Assembly: GCF_009914755.1 (NCBI RefSeq)
Contig: NC_060931.1
DNA length: 64,000 nt
Strand: one strand, 5' to 3'
DNA from: the human T2T-CHM13v2.0 reference genome, Homo sapiens
In this document: positions 22,157 through 41,072 of the stretch, piece by piece
Position numbering within the stretch: the stretch's first letter is position 1
How the letters are laid out: each line of letters begins with the position of its first letter
Position numbers and translations under genes: made by a program
The notes under the pieces: generated by a model
The model's database searches: none
The model's input: only the letters and a program-made list of their open reading frames with translations
Told to the model about the DNA's origin: nothing

Positions 22157-22199
22157 GCATACATACACATATACACACACATACATATATGTATGTATA
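22123..22199. repeat. (TA)n/(CATA)n microsatellite
   Basis: Directly visible, about 315 bp downstream of RNY5. Confidence 0.85.
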
Positions 22200-23091
22200 C
22201 TTTCCCCCCCACCACCCCGAGACAGAGTCTTGCTTTGTCGCCAGGCTGGAGTGCAATGGCGCGGTTTCGGCTCACTGAAACCTCCACCTCCTGGTGGCTC
22301 ACGCCTGTAATCCCAGTACTTTGGGAGGGCGAGGTGGGAGTGGGAGGGGATCGCTTGAGTTCAGGAATTTGAGACCAGCTTGGGCAGCATGGCGAAACCC
22401 CTGTCTCAAAAATGAAAAATAAAAAAGTTATAAACAGTTTGTTGCTATAAATTCAATAATTGTGTAGGTGTGAGTGAGCAGATAATGTACATTTTTTGCA
22501 TAAGTTTGTTCGTTTGTTTCACATATAAAATATATAGGTTTTACAATCTGAAAGCTATAAGAAAAAAAAATTTAAGAATATATAGGTTCACAGATTCGGA
22601 TCAATAGCCAATTTATAACCAGCTAAGAATGGAGGTGTTCATCGGTTTCACCTCCCTGGCAAGGCTTCCTCGCTGGCATTCATCCAGCCTTTCCGTCTGC
22701 AGTTGTCAGCCAGCAGTTGCTTAGAGTTGACACTCAGATTCAATCAAAAAAGTCCAACACACTGGCTTTCTTCATTAGCAAATAAACTTGGCTGCACTAT
22801 TGAAAAATATGCACCCTCTATTGTAAATTTGCTCCAAAAAAATGCCCTTGAAAAAATTGGCAAAAGGGCCCTATCATTACTAAATCTCGACAGAAGAAAA
22901 GGGCATCATTTGTTAATAAGGGCCTGAGGAGCATTCACAAGCTGCTGAGAGCTTGCTGAAAACGGGCACTTTGTGTCTGTCAGCCTTCTTAAACTATTAA
23001 TACCTGAGTCCTGAATGTAAAAGCCTTGACATACAAAGCCCCCAAATTCTAGAATGGCTGGTAGTCTACAAAGTTAGAATACCAGAATCTC

Positions 23092-23401
<310 letters not shown>

Positions 23402-23568
23402 CAGAATCTTGTTCAATGTGCTAAATGTGATAGGCACTTCAATATCCACTTCAGGTGACAAATAATTAGAAATGAGGTCCACCGTGAAGGAAATGGACCA
23501 GAACTTAGCTTTTGTATATATAATTTCAACCTATGACTCAAACCCAAGAGTGACAATGAGTAAGATCA

Positions 23569-23724
<156 letters not shown>

Positions 23725-23808
23725 CTACTAAAAATACAAAAATTCGGCCGGGTGCGGTGGCTCAAGCCTGTAATCCCAGCACTTTGGAAGGCCAAGGTGG
23801 GCGGATCA

Positions 23809-25392
<1,584 letters not shown>

Positions 25393-25509
25393 AGGAAAAA
25401 AGTAGCATCCTTACAGAACATGAAAAACGTAAAAACAACCATAGAGAGAGAGAGAGAGAGAAAGATATCTTGTTGAAATGAATGCTATCATCCCTTGCAT
25501 TTCAGGGAA

Positions 25510-25946
25510 CTCTGCAAGGATCCTGCCTCCTGGCACTAATTTTTTTGTGCCCTTGTGTAATTCCCTCTTCCTGAGTGTAATCTGAACTTACTGACTCATT
25601 TCTAAGGAATAGAATAAGACAAAAGTAAAGTGCCTCTCTCCTTTGCCGGGGAAAGCCAGCTGTCACGTACTGAACAGCCCTACAGAGGCAAAGAGCTATA
25701 TATGCAGCCAACAGCCAGGGAGGCCCTGAGCACTGTGAGAGGGCTTGCGGCCAATCTCTCCCCAACTGAGCCTTGAGATGACCACAACCGTGGACCACAC
25801 CTTCATTTCAAGCCTGTGGGAGACCCTGAGCCTGAGCACCCAGCTAACTGTGGCCAGATTCCTGACCCACAGCTAGTGTGAGGAAATCAATGTTAGTTGT
25901 TAAGTGTTGGGTTTGTTTGTTATGCAGCCATCAATAACTAATACAT
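25510..25946 (+). mobile_element. MLT1F-like MaLR LTR
   Basis: GAGCCTTGAGATGAC, CCAGATTCCTGACCCACAG, and end TTTGTTATGCAGCCATCAATAACTAATACA. Confidence 0.7.
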
Positions 25947-26507
25947 GCACTTTACCAAGAAGTGCTGCCATTGCTGAAGCATATTTGGAACCCTTCTGTT
26001 TTGAAAGTCTCCTTCAAAGTTGAAGTGTGACCCATGCAAGAAAATGGGTCGTGTTATTTTACATCACTTCATTTTTGCCAAGACAGTGCTTCCCATTGCA
26101 TTATCATATTCAACGTCCTTGACTTTGATGGACTCTGGACCGTTTTAAAAAGCAAATCTATCTTCAAAAGAGGAAAATTTGCTGCCCCAGAGATACCAAA
26201 AAGAATATTCCACGGCTTCTGAAGACAAACTCATTTGGTTTTATTTATTATTTTATTTTATTTACCTTTGAGTTGCAATCTCACTCTGTCACCCAGCCTG
26301 GAGTGCAGTGGCATGCACTCATGGCTCACTGCAGCCTCGAACCCCTGGGCTCAAATGATCCTCCCACCTCAGCCTTCCAAGTCACTGGGACTACAGGCAC
26401 GTGCCACCATGCCTGGATAATTTTTAAAAAATATTTTCGAGGCCAGGCACGGTGGCTCAAGCCTGTAAACCCCAGCACTTTGGAAAGAGGCCGAGGAGGG
26501 CACATCA

Positions 26508-26858
<351 letters not shown>

Positions 26859-27059
26859 TCATGAGGTCAGGAGTTCGAGACCAGCCTGGACAATATGTGA
26901 AACCCCCTCCTCTACTAAAAATACAAAAATTAGCTTGACGTGGTGGCGCGCACTTGTAATCCCAGCTACTCAGGAGACTGAGGCAGGAGAATTGCTCGAA
27001 CCGAGGAGGTGGAGGTGGCAGTGAGTTGAGATCACACCATTGCACTCCACCCTGGGTGA

Positions 27060-27341
<282 letters not shown>

Positions 27342-27511
27342 TGATCAATGGCTGTATCCTTGGAGTAATTTTTCCAAGCGATTATTTTGAAATGGATAAT
27401 AGAGTATTTACTTTGGATATTGAATGCACCAATTCCTCAATGAATGAGTTGTGCTGTGTTTATTTATTTAGTATCTAACAAAAATAAAACACTTCCTACT
27501 GATGATAACTC

Positions 27512-27655
27512 TATGTGGTAGGTGCCATTATGCCTGTTTTACAGCTGAGGAAACTGAGGTAGAGGAGTGGCCCACGGGCACACAGCAAGTACGTGGCACA
27601 GTAGGAATCTAATCCAGGCAGTCTGGCTTCTGGGACTTTGCACTTTACTACAAAA
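27512..27655. mobile_element. MIR fragment
   Basis: TTTTACAGCTGAGGAAACTGAGG core motif and CCAGGCAGTCTGGCTTC. Confidence 0.7.
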
Positions 27656-27950
27656 CTAACTTGCTTCTGTGTTTGTTCACTTTGTTTTCTAGTTATATAT
27701 CTCATACAATAATAAGTTCTAGACAAAAACAGTTCCTTAATATTCATTGTAATAAAATTTCACCTCTATTCAGATAATATTTCAAATAGATGGGTTAGGA
27801 AAGTGTGTGAAACATGAAATTGATATTGTTTGTTCATACATTCTCCTGTAAGAGAAGGTAAAATTAATCAGAGCAACCATCTTTGGCCAGATCTAGGAAA
27901 GGCACAAGCTCGAAGGAGCAAATTAAGAATTTGCTGTTCATGTAAAGCCT

Positions 27951-27981
<31 letters not shown>

Positions 27982-28507
27982 AGTTAGTAATATATCAGAC
28001 TTCGACTAGAACTTTCCACTCCTTCAGCTAACCCCTGCTGCTGCTATGCCCAAGGGCAATTCGATCAGAGCCCATGCCAGATTTGAAGGCTGGCCCTTAT
28101 GGAAGCCACTGCCTTTGTTACCCTGCCAGAGACCTCAAGAGAACTACTGAGTTACTTTAGAGGGTTCCTTGACTGCTAAACCTCGTTTGACTTTCTTCTG
28201 CTGCTTGTAAGGGTGTCCAGCTGAGTCTATCCCTTCTGGCTCTAACCAATAGACAGATCCTTGCTGTTCCACAGTTTCATGGGACTGGACCCCCTCCCTT
28301 GGGTCTGCTCTCTGTTCTGGAAACCACGAAAGAGTCTTGTTTATTCCTTTTTTGTGTGTTGCCATTTAGCATATCCTTTGCTGTTTCCTAATAATTTGCA
28401 AATGTGTCTTATATCCCCAAATAGATAATAACTTCTTTAGTAGTGGGTATGCAATTGTATTCGTTTCATTAGCCTCAATGCCTTCTACATAGGAGTTGCT
28501 TGTTTTA

Positions 28508-28971
<464 letters not shown>

Positions 28972-29079
28972 TTAGCCGGGTGTGGTGGTGCACATCTGTA
29001 ATCCCAGCTACTCGGGAGGCTGAGGCAGGAGCATCGCTTGAAATCAGGAGGCGGAGGTTGCAGTGAGCCGAGATCATGC

Positions 29080-30627
29080 TGAGAGGTGACAGCATGCTGG
29101 CAGTCCTCAGAGCCCTCGCTCGCTCTCGGCACCTCCCTTGCCTGGGCTCCCACTTTGGTGGCATTTGATGAGCCCTTCAGCCCCCCACTGCACTGTGGGA
29201 GCCCCTTTCTGGGCTGGCCAAGGCCAGAGCCCACTCCCTCAGCTTGCAGGGAGGTGTGGAGGGAGAGGCACGAGCGGGAACCGGGGCTGCGTGCGGCGCT
29301 TGCGGGCCAGCTGGAGTTCCGGGTGGGCGTGGGCTTGGTGGGCCCCGCACTCGGAGCAGCCAGCCAGCCCTGCTGGCCCCAGGCAATGGGGGACTTAGCA
29401 CCCGGGCCAGTGGCTGCGGAGGGTGTACTGAGTCCCCCAGCAGTGCCGGCCCACCGGCGCTGTGCTCGATTTCTCGCTGGGCCTTAGCTGCCTTCCCGCG
29501 GGGCAGGGCTCGGGACCTGCAGCCCGCCATGCCTGAGCCTCCCACCCACTCCATGGGCTCCTGTGCGGCCCGAGCCTCCCAGACGAGCGCCACCCCCTGC
29601 TCCACGGCACCCAGTCCCATCGACCACCCAAGGGCTGAGGAATGCGAGCGCACGGCGCAGGACTGGCGGGCAGCTCCACCTGCAGCCCCGGTGCGGGATC
29701 CACTAGGTGAAGCCAGCTGGGCTCCTGAGTCTGGTGGGGACGTGGAGAGTCTTTATATCTAGCTCAGGGATTGTAAATACACCAATCAGCACCCTGTGTT
29801 TAGCTCAAGGTTTGTGAGTGCACCAATCGACACTCTGTATCTAGCTGCTCTGGTGAGGACATGGAGAACCTTTATGTCTAGCTCAGGGATTGTAAATACA
29901 CCAATCGGCACTCTGTATCTAGCTCAAGGTTTGGAAACACACCAATCAGCACCCTGTGTTTAGCTCAAGGTTTGTAAATGCACCAATCGACACTCTGTAT
30001 CTAGCTGCTCTGGTGGGGCCTTGGAGAACCTGTGTGTGGAAACTCTGTATCTAACTAATCTGATGGGGACGTGGAAAACCTTTGTATCTAGCTCAGGGAT
30101 TGTAAATGCACCAATCAGCACCCTGACAAAACAGGCCACTCGGCTCTACCAATCAGCAGGATGTGGGTGGGGCCAGATAAGAGAATAAAAGCAGGCTGCC
30201 CAGCCAGCAGTGGCAACCTGCTCGGGTCCCCTTCCACGCTGTGGAAGCTTTGTTCTTTCACTCTTTGCAATAAATCTTGCTACTGCTCGCCCTTTGGGTC
30301 CACGCTGCTTTTATGAGCTGTAACACTCACCGCGAAGATCTGCAACTTCACTCCTGAGTCCAGCGAGACCACAAGCCAACCGGGAGAAATGAACAACTCC
30401 AGACACGCTGCCTTAAAAGCAGTAACATTCACCGTGAAGGTCTGCAGCTTCACTCCTGAGCCAGTGAGACCACGAACCCACCAGAAGGAAGAAACTCCAA
30501 ACACATCTGAACATCAGAAGGGACTAACTCCAGAGGCGCCACCTTAAGAGCTGTAACACTCACCGCGAGGGTCCGCAGCTTCATTCTTGATGTCAGTGAG
30601 ACCAAGAACCCACCAATTCCGGACACA
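29080..30627 (+). mobile_element. Solo LTR12C (ERV9 LTR) inserted into an Alu
   Basis: Starts TGAGAGGTGACAGC and ends CCAATTCCGGACACA (1548 bp). 4-bp TSD ATGC at 29076-29079 and 30628-30631. Tandem CCAAT repeats. The Alu (from about 28838) resumes after the LTR. Confidence 0.93.
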
Positions 30628-31395
30628 ATGCCAGTGCCCTCCACTCGGCAACAGAGCAAGAGTCTGTCTCAAGTCAAAACAAAACCATAAAAAATTAAAA
30701 TAAAATAAAAAAATAAAAACAAGGACCCATGTTATCAACTATATGCAAGATCTAGGTTGACTTCAGGAATCATGTGAACACCAGAAGAGGCTCGATCTCT
30801 TTATCTCTGAGTTGCTGTATCCAACCTTCAAAAGATTCCAAACTACTAGGAATACTGATGAAACTCAGCAGGATTGAGGATTGGTAGTGACCTTGACCAT
30901 TTTGATGAGTTTTCAAACTACTTACTGAACACTATGATTAAAAAATGGTTATTTGATTTTGTATCTATATATTTGTGTGTTACTTAATATAAATAATTGC
31001 ACTCAGGGACTTGTTTGACTCAAATGCAGATGTTTTAAGCCCTAAGAATCTGAATTCAAAAAGGGTTCCAGGTATCCATGTCCTAACACTTGGGTTCTCA
31101 TCCCCTTTCTATTCCTTTACATGGAAGCAAAACACCAGTCACTTTCACAAGAAGATTGTCAACAAATATTTACTGGCCGCCGCTATTGGCAAAGCGCACT
31201 AGCAAGGAAAACAAGAGAAACAGCCTCTGTCCTCAAGTAGCCTAGTAAATAATGCGATTTTCCTGCCACTGTGTTTCTCTCTAAAGAACCACAAAGTAAC
31301 ACCAAAGTATGCTGTAAAATCACATTGAAAAAAATTGTTTTCTTCAAAACAACATACAGAAGGTTGGATAAAATTGAGATAATAAATCGATTTAA

Positions 31396-31644
<249 letters not shown>

Positions 31645-31833
31645 TGATCCAGCCACCTCGGCCTCGCAAAGTGTTGGGACTACAGGTGTGAGCCACTGCA
31701 CTGGCCTAAAATATCTTTTTAATGTAACATTTTATTGTATATAATACATATATTATCAGTTTTTTGTTTTTTTGTTTTTTGTTTTTTTTTTTAAGAGATG
31801 GGGGTCTCTCTATGTTGCCCAGCCTGGTCTTGA

Positions 31834-32135
<302 letters not shown>

Positions 32136-32512
32136 TAAGAAAAGAACATATGCAACTTTGGGGTGTCAGTTGCTGATAGGAAATCCATGTCACTGGCTTA
32201 TGCTGGTCTCAGGCTCTGCAGGATGTGCTCATCCCTGGCAGGTTGGTTAGCAGAAGACTGGAGGAGGTGAGGAGGATAGAGAGACTCGTATAGCAGGGAG
32301 CAATGGTCTCTGTAAGGCCACAAATAGTCACTTCATCAAGCGGTAGAGAGCTGATCTGGCAACATTACCTGCTTTAGCATTTCTTTCCTTGGAGCAATGT
32401 GTCATAGCTATTTCCCTCCTCCAGGAGAGTAAGAAACAGAACAATCTAGGCAGGGGTGAGGCCACAATGCCGCAGCTTCCTGAGCACAGCAGGAAGATAC
32501 AATGGAGATTCC

Positions 32513-33075
32513 TTTTTTTAATTTTTAATTTTTGTGGGTACATACTGTATACTCTGTGTATATATTTATGGGATACATAGTACAATGATGTGATCTCAGC
32601 TTACTGCAATCTCTGCCTTTTGGTTGGGTTCAAGTGATTCTCCTGCCTCAGCCTCCCGAGTTGCTGGGATTATAGGCACCCGCCACCATGCCCGGCTAAT
32701 TTTTTGCGTATTTAGTAGAGACGGGGTTTTGCCATGTTGACCAGGCTGGTCTCGAACTCCTGACCTCAGATGATCCGTCCACCTCGGCCTCCCAAAATGC
32801 TGGGATTACAGGCATGAGCCACTGTGCCCAGCCGAGATACCTCGATGCAGGCATACACTGCATAAAAATTACATCAGGGTAAACAGGGTATCCACCACCT
32901 CAAGCATTTATCCTTTATGCTACAAACGAGCCAATTATACTTTTAGTTATTTTCAATGTACAATAAATTATATTGTTGACTGTAGTCACCCTGCTGTGCT
33001 ATCAAATACTAGATATTACTCATTCTATCTAACTACATTTTTGTACCCATTAACCATCCCCCACGTCCCCCGACC
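32513..33075 (-). mobile_element. L1MA-type 3' end interrupted by an Alu
   Basis: TTTTTGTGGGTACATA, CACCTCAAGCATTTATCCTTT and GACTGTAGTCACCCTG motifs. Confidence 0.7.
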
Positions 33076-33243
33076 CCATGGATATTCTTGACTAAATGAG
33101 AAATACATTTCATAAATGCTGTCAGGATTCAATGACTTAACTGCAGGTGTCGGTCCAAATGCCACATGTGTAGATACAGGAGAAAAATCCTAAGTGCCAA
33201 GGGAAGATTGACATACTGAAACCAAAAGCCTGCTGCCACCTTC

Positions 33244-33595
33244 CTATGGACCGAATGTTTGTGTCCTCCCCAAATGTGTATGTTGAAACCCTAACGCCCA
33301 GTGTGATGGCATTTGGAGATGAGGTCCTTGGGAGATGATTAGGTCATGAGGGTGGACCCTCACATAATGATGATCGTGCCCTTTTATGAACAGGCACAAA
33401 GAGATGATCTCTCTGCCGTGTGAGGACACAGTAAGGAGGTGGCTGTCTGCAAACCAGGAATAGAGTCCTCACCAGGATCCAAATCAGTCAGTGCCTTGAA
33501 CTTGGACTTGCCAGCCTTCAGAACTGTGAGAAATAAATGTTTGTTGTCTAAGCCACCCAGTCAATGATTATTTGTTACAGCAGCTGGAGCTGAGC
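33244..33595 (+). mobile_element. MLT1A-like MaLR LTR
   Basis: CTATGGACCGAATGTTTGTGTCC start; CAGAACTGTGAGAAATAAATGT 3' motif. Confidence 0.75.
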
Positions 33596-34259
33596 AAGCC
33601 ACAGCTCATCAGATTCCATGTCTACCACTTATTAGCACCATGATCATGCCCAAGTCACGCTTTTGAGGCTTGGTTTTCTCATTATTAAAATAGATGTAAT
33701 AATAGTACTACCTCATAGAATCATTAGGAGGATGAACGACTGTACTTGGTACAGTCCCAGATCAGTGGTAGCTAAAATTAATGCTATCTATTACAATGAT
33801 TATTATTATTGTTTGCTCTTTATTTCATAGGCATGATATTTTCTATATTGTAAATTATTCTGGTATAAACAAAATGTTTTTAAATAATATCATTTGACTC
33901 TGCTTGTGAGGATTTTAGGAAAAGATAAGGACCTTGTACCCAATTCAAGAGCCCAAGGTACCAGGCAGGGTGGCCTTAGACCTCTGCCTGCTGCTGAATT
34001 CTCAAATGTATTCTCAAGTCAGTTTCCCCAGCCCTGGCCAATCGGGGCATCTCATCTACCAACTCTGCTCCACTGCACCAGGCTCTGCGCACCTGACTTC
34101 CTTACCTCTCTTGCCTGAGATTAGGACCTACTCTCATGCTTCCACTTGCAGCCCTGAGGCCTTGCTCTTCACCTACCCCGTGAATGTCCTGAGAGAGCAA
34201 TAAAGGATTGCTCTTGGAACTCAGTTTTTACATAAAGAAAAAAAGGCAATAAAACTTCA

Positions 34260-34490
<231 letters not shown>

Positions 34491-35111
34491 TCAAACAAGG
34501 TGCTTTTACAGCAAGCTTTGAAGAGTAACAGAGAAAGAGAAATACATGTTGTAGCCAAGCCAAGAGTTGGAATAGTGGGCACCGCGATGGGCATCGACTT
34601 ATAACCTGCTGGGCCCCGTGTGTGTTCCCTCTCCAGGCTCACTTGGGCCTATGTGAGACTCTTATTCCTGTTCTACAGAGGAGGAAAATGAGACCCAAAG
34701 AGGAGAACTGGCTCATGCACAGTGAGCAGTTGCAGCTTAGCGACCAAAACCAGCCCCTGGAAGCCAGGCCCAGGCCCTTCCCTGCCTGTGGCCCTCACCG
34801 CGGCTGCTGCCTGCAAGCTGGGAGCCAGACCAGAGGAGCTGGTGCGTCAGGCATGAAGCAGCAGGTCTGAGCAGAAAGAAAGAGACAAGTACAGAAGAGA
34901 AAGAAAAAAGATTTTTAAAAAGAAAGAAGTCCCTGCCGGGTCAACCTGCCAAAACCAAAACACACAAAGCCTTCTTGTTGCAGGGTTTGGAGTGGCCACC
35001 TTGCAGAATGCCACAGGGCTGTGGGGAGCGGTGGGCACAGCCTATCCCCTCCCTCAGGGCCTGATCCAAAGACCAGACAGAAAGGCCGCCTGTTCCCATG
35101 TGGTTTATGGT

Positions 35112-35267
35112 TCTGTGCTCCCCGCCTGCCGCCTTCTTCACCTGGGCCCCTGCGGCTGCCTGGGGCTGTTTCCATAGCTGCATGGCAGGTTCCAGGGGGA
35201 GCCTCTGGGAAGGGAACCCCACGTGCTCATCTTCCTGGAGAAGGGGGTGGTGTAAGCCCACAGATTC
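35112..35267 (+). repeat. Donor arm of a 156-bp inverted duplication (unique sequence)
   Basis: Its reverse complement is found at 36346-36501 with one mismatch; both copies give the same peptide in the ORF track ([16 protein letters not shown]...PQGPR). Confidence 0.95.
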
Positions 35268-35701
35268 TGCCAGGCCCTTCCCAGCTGTGGGACGCGGCCG
35301 CGTCCCATCACCCACCTTGGGCACAAGGCTGCCCTTCTGGTGCCACGTCCCAGGCTGATGGCCCCGGTGTCCAACTGCCTTAGCATCCTTGTCTGTGAAT
35401 AACAAGTGCCATCTTCAAAAGCCAAGCTGTGCCAAGAGGAGGGTTCATTAACTTGGAAGGAACATTGGGAGAGTGTTTAAGTCAATTTTCCCCCTTTTCC
35501 AGCTGGAAAGCCATGTTAAGAACCACCCGGGTTCAGCTTTGCAGGAGAGGCCTGAGATGCTCTGCGTGCTTAAACGAAGTCTCTCTTCAGGTTCCTTTAC
35601 GGTTTGGAAATTTTATTCCAATCAGACGTAGGTGTTTACACAACGTTATTTACGCTCTATGGGAAGGTGTCCACTCTGCTGCTTTTATTCTAATTGGCTG
35701 A

Positions 35702-36022
<321 letters not shown>

Positions 36023-36157
36023 TAGTAGAGAGGGGGTTTCACCTTGGTCTCGATCTCCTGACCTCATGATCCGCCCGCCTCGGCCTCCCAAAGTGCTGGG
36101 ATTACAGGCATGAGCCACCGCGCCGGGTGTTTGTTTTTTGTTTGTTTGTTTGTTTGA

Positions 36158-36501
<344 letters not shown>

Positions 36502-36708
36502 GCCACCCGCCTTGGCCTCCCAAAGTGCTGGGATTACAGGCGTGAGCCACTGTGCCCAGCCCGATTTTCAGTTTTCTTTGCTCTTATTCCCGTGTAGTTT
36601 TCCCACAGTTTCAAGCACAGTATGGTCTTGTTTTGTTTTTGTTTTCTCACTGAACTTTTTCCATTAGGCTATTTTATGAATTTTCTGTTATGCTACTCTT
36701 TTTTTTGA

Positions 36709-36816
<108 letters not shown>

Positions 36817-37264
36817 TAGCTGGGACTACAGGTGTGTGCCAACACGCCTGGCTAATTTTTGTATTTTTAGTAGAGACGAGGTTTCACCATACTGGTCAAG
36901 CTGGTCTCGAACTCCTGACCTCAGGTGATCCGCCCGCCTCGGCCTCCCCCATTGTGCTACTCTTAGTCCTTAATTTTAAATCTATATAACTTTCTATCTC
37001 TCAAATAGCTAGGTAAAAATATAATTCATACATCTCCTATTGTTGGCTATTTAATCTGGGAGACTATGGATTTCAATGACTGGGGTGAGGGGTAATTTTG
37101 GAGGCAGGAGCACTGCTTCCCAAGGGGTACAGAAAAGGATAAAAGGGCCGGGCCCAGTAGCTCACGCCTGTAATCCCAGCACTTTGGAAGGCCGAGGTAG
37201 GCAGATCATTTGAGGTCAGGAGTTTGAGCCCAGCCTGATCAACATGGTGAAACCCCGTCTACTA

Positions 37265-37486
<222 letters not shown>

Positions 37487-37531
37487 TTATGGTATTTTGC
37501 AGTTAGCCACACCAGATTTTTTTTTAATCAT

Positions 37532-37562
<31 letters not shown>

Positions 37563-37954
37563 AGACAGATCTTGCTCTGTCACCCAGGCTGGAGTGTAGA
37601 GGTGCAATCATAGCTCACTGCAGCCTCGACCTCCCTGGGCTCAGGTGATTCTCCCACGTCAGTGTCTGGAGTAGCTGGGACCCCAGGCACACACCAGGCC
37701 AGGCTAATTTTTAAATTTTGTATAGAGATGGGGTCTTAATATGTTGCCCAGGCTGGTACACCAGATTTTCTTTATCTGGGGTTTACGGTCAGGTTTGGGG
37801 GAGGTGGTCCATGAACCACACCCTAAAACCACACACAAGATGTCTGTACATATGTGAATGTGTATGATTTTGTACACATAGACACAAAACTTTCATCAGA
37901 ATCCCAAAGAGTTTAATGATGTTTTTAAGTTTGTGATGATTTATTTTGTTGTTG

Positions 37955-38305
37955 TTTTAAACTTTTATTTTAGATTCGGGGGTACATGTGAAGGTTTATT
38001 ACACAGATGAACTCATGTCACAGGGGCTTGTGGTACGGATTATTTCATCACCCAGGTATTAAGCCCAGTACCTAACAGTTGTCTTTTCTGCTCCTCCTGC
38101 CTCCCCCTCCACCCTCAAGCAGATCCCAGTGTCTGCTGTTCCCTTCTTTGTGTTCATGAGTTCTCATCATTTAGCTCCCAATTATAAGTGAGAGTATGCG
38201 GTATTTGGTTTTCTGTTCCTGTGTGAGTTTGCTAAGGATAATAGACTCCAGCTCCATCCGTGTTCCTGCAAAAGACATGATCTTGTTTTTTTTTTTATGG
38301 CTGTG
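37955..38305 (-). mobile_element. Old L1PA 3' end
   Basis: GGTACATGTG, TATTTCATCACCCAGGTATTAAGC and GCTCCATCCGTGTTCCTGCAAAAGACATGATC. Confidence 0.75.
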
Positions 38306-38386
38306 AGTTTAATGATTTTAAAAATATTTTTAAAACTACTGGTTTTGAGAGAAAAATGTCAAAGGGCGAGGCCCCTATAGTCTCTA

Positions 38387-39112
<726 letters not shown>

Positions 39113-39496
39113 TCAGGTGGACACAGGTGACTCTTTTCCCCTGTTGTCCTGGTTTCAGTCAGAGATCTGAGGGCCAGGGATGGGCCTGCCCATGATCCCT
39201 AAGCCCCGTGCAGCTGTATCCCCTGTGCGACCCGGTAGTACCTCCCAGAGCCCTGTGACCGCCTTTCGTTATCACTTTCTGGAGCGTCAGGCCTCAAGGG
39301 CAGGCCTCAGAAAACAGAATTTCTCTGGCCTTCTGCCCTCCTTTCGCCTGCCCCAAGGCAGGACTCCAATCTTCCCTCACCTTTCCTGTTTTTTTTCTGG
39401 TACTTTTTTTCTTTGCTCCCTCCCGTTCCCTCAGCTTTATGACTGTGGGTCATGAGACTCTCTCATTCCAGACTGAGGGAAGGCATGCTGACATCA

Positions 39497-39796
<300 letters not shown>

Positions 39797-40692
39797 TTAT
39801 GCTTTTTAGAGGAAACATGTTTATATCCCATGCACAGAGGTTTGTAAAGGGAGATATCATGTCAGAGAGCTGCTTAGCAGAGCTGACTGAAAAAGCTTTT
39901 GTGCATTTTGTGGACCTGTTGTGTCCACAGACAGGTTCCCCTAAAATAATCATTTCCCTCCCCTTCCTTGCCAACAGGGGCTCTAGTTATAATCGGTATG
40001 GATGGGAGAGACAGCAGCATGGACAGAGGCCTCTGGGCCAAAGAGAGTAACTCACTGGGGAACTACAGACAGTTCTGGGGTCCGGCTGGAGGGCAGAGGG
40101 TCATGACAGAGGCCTGGGTGGAGGCAGGCTGCACAGCTGAGCCTGTGGAAGACAGGAGCCGGAGAAACAAGGAACTTTAACATCCTTTGAAGGCAGCAGG
40201 AAGCCATGAAATGTTTTCCAGCATGTTTTGAAGAAAAGTACAAGTTAACTTATGGAAAGTATTTACCTATGACCCCTATGGCCAAATGGCCCAAATTCCT
40301 TAAAAAAATGATGATTTTTCCAGGTAGACCAAAGCAAGACTGTGAGGTCTTTGCATTCACTTCCTTTCTGTCTGCCCTCAGGTTCTCAGCAGCACCCAGC
40401 TCCAGCCCCAAGGCCTCTCCTGGATGCGCCTCTAGGACCTTGAGCTCAGTGTCTGTTCAACCCCTCACTGAACTCAGTTCTCCACCTCGGCCATTTGAGA
40501 TGCTTAGTGAAATCCAAGGATGACTTTAATAGTTATTCACACAATATTTCCTTTAAATAAACTTGTTTTAATTAGTTACTTCTTTTTCATTTCTTTTTTT
40601 CTTCACCCCTGAGTAGAGATTTATTTCTTCTTATCCATATTGAAGTTTAATTTGTATACAATAAAATGTACCCGTTTTAATTATTCAGTTCA

Positions 40693-41072
<380 letters not shown>

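Noticed and set aside
22588-22660. TTTATAA followed by hairpin GGAGGTG...CACCTCC, considered as a cryptic or fossil Pol III gene
   Set aside because: No PSE at the correct spacing, no Y RNA stem motifs, and no suitably placed terminator.
29086-29762. Overlapping 86-172 aa ORFs on both strands
   Set aside because: They lie in the GC-rich U3 region of LTR12C; a stop-poor composition artefact.
34941-35425. 154-aa and 95-aa - strand ORFs, one sharing a peptide with the ORF at 36173-36475
   Set aside because: The shared peptide reflects the DNA duplication only; no recognisable homology, poly(A) or TSD to support a gene or processed pseudogene.
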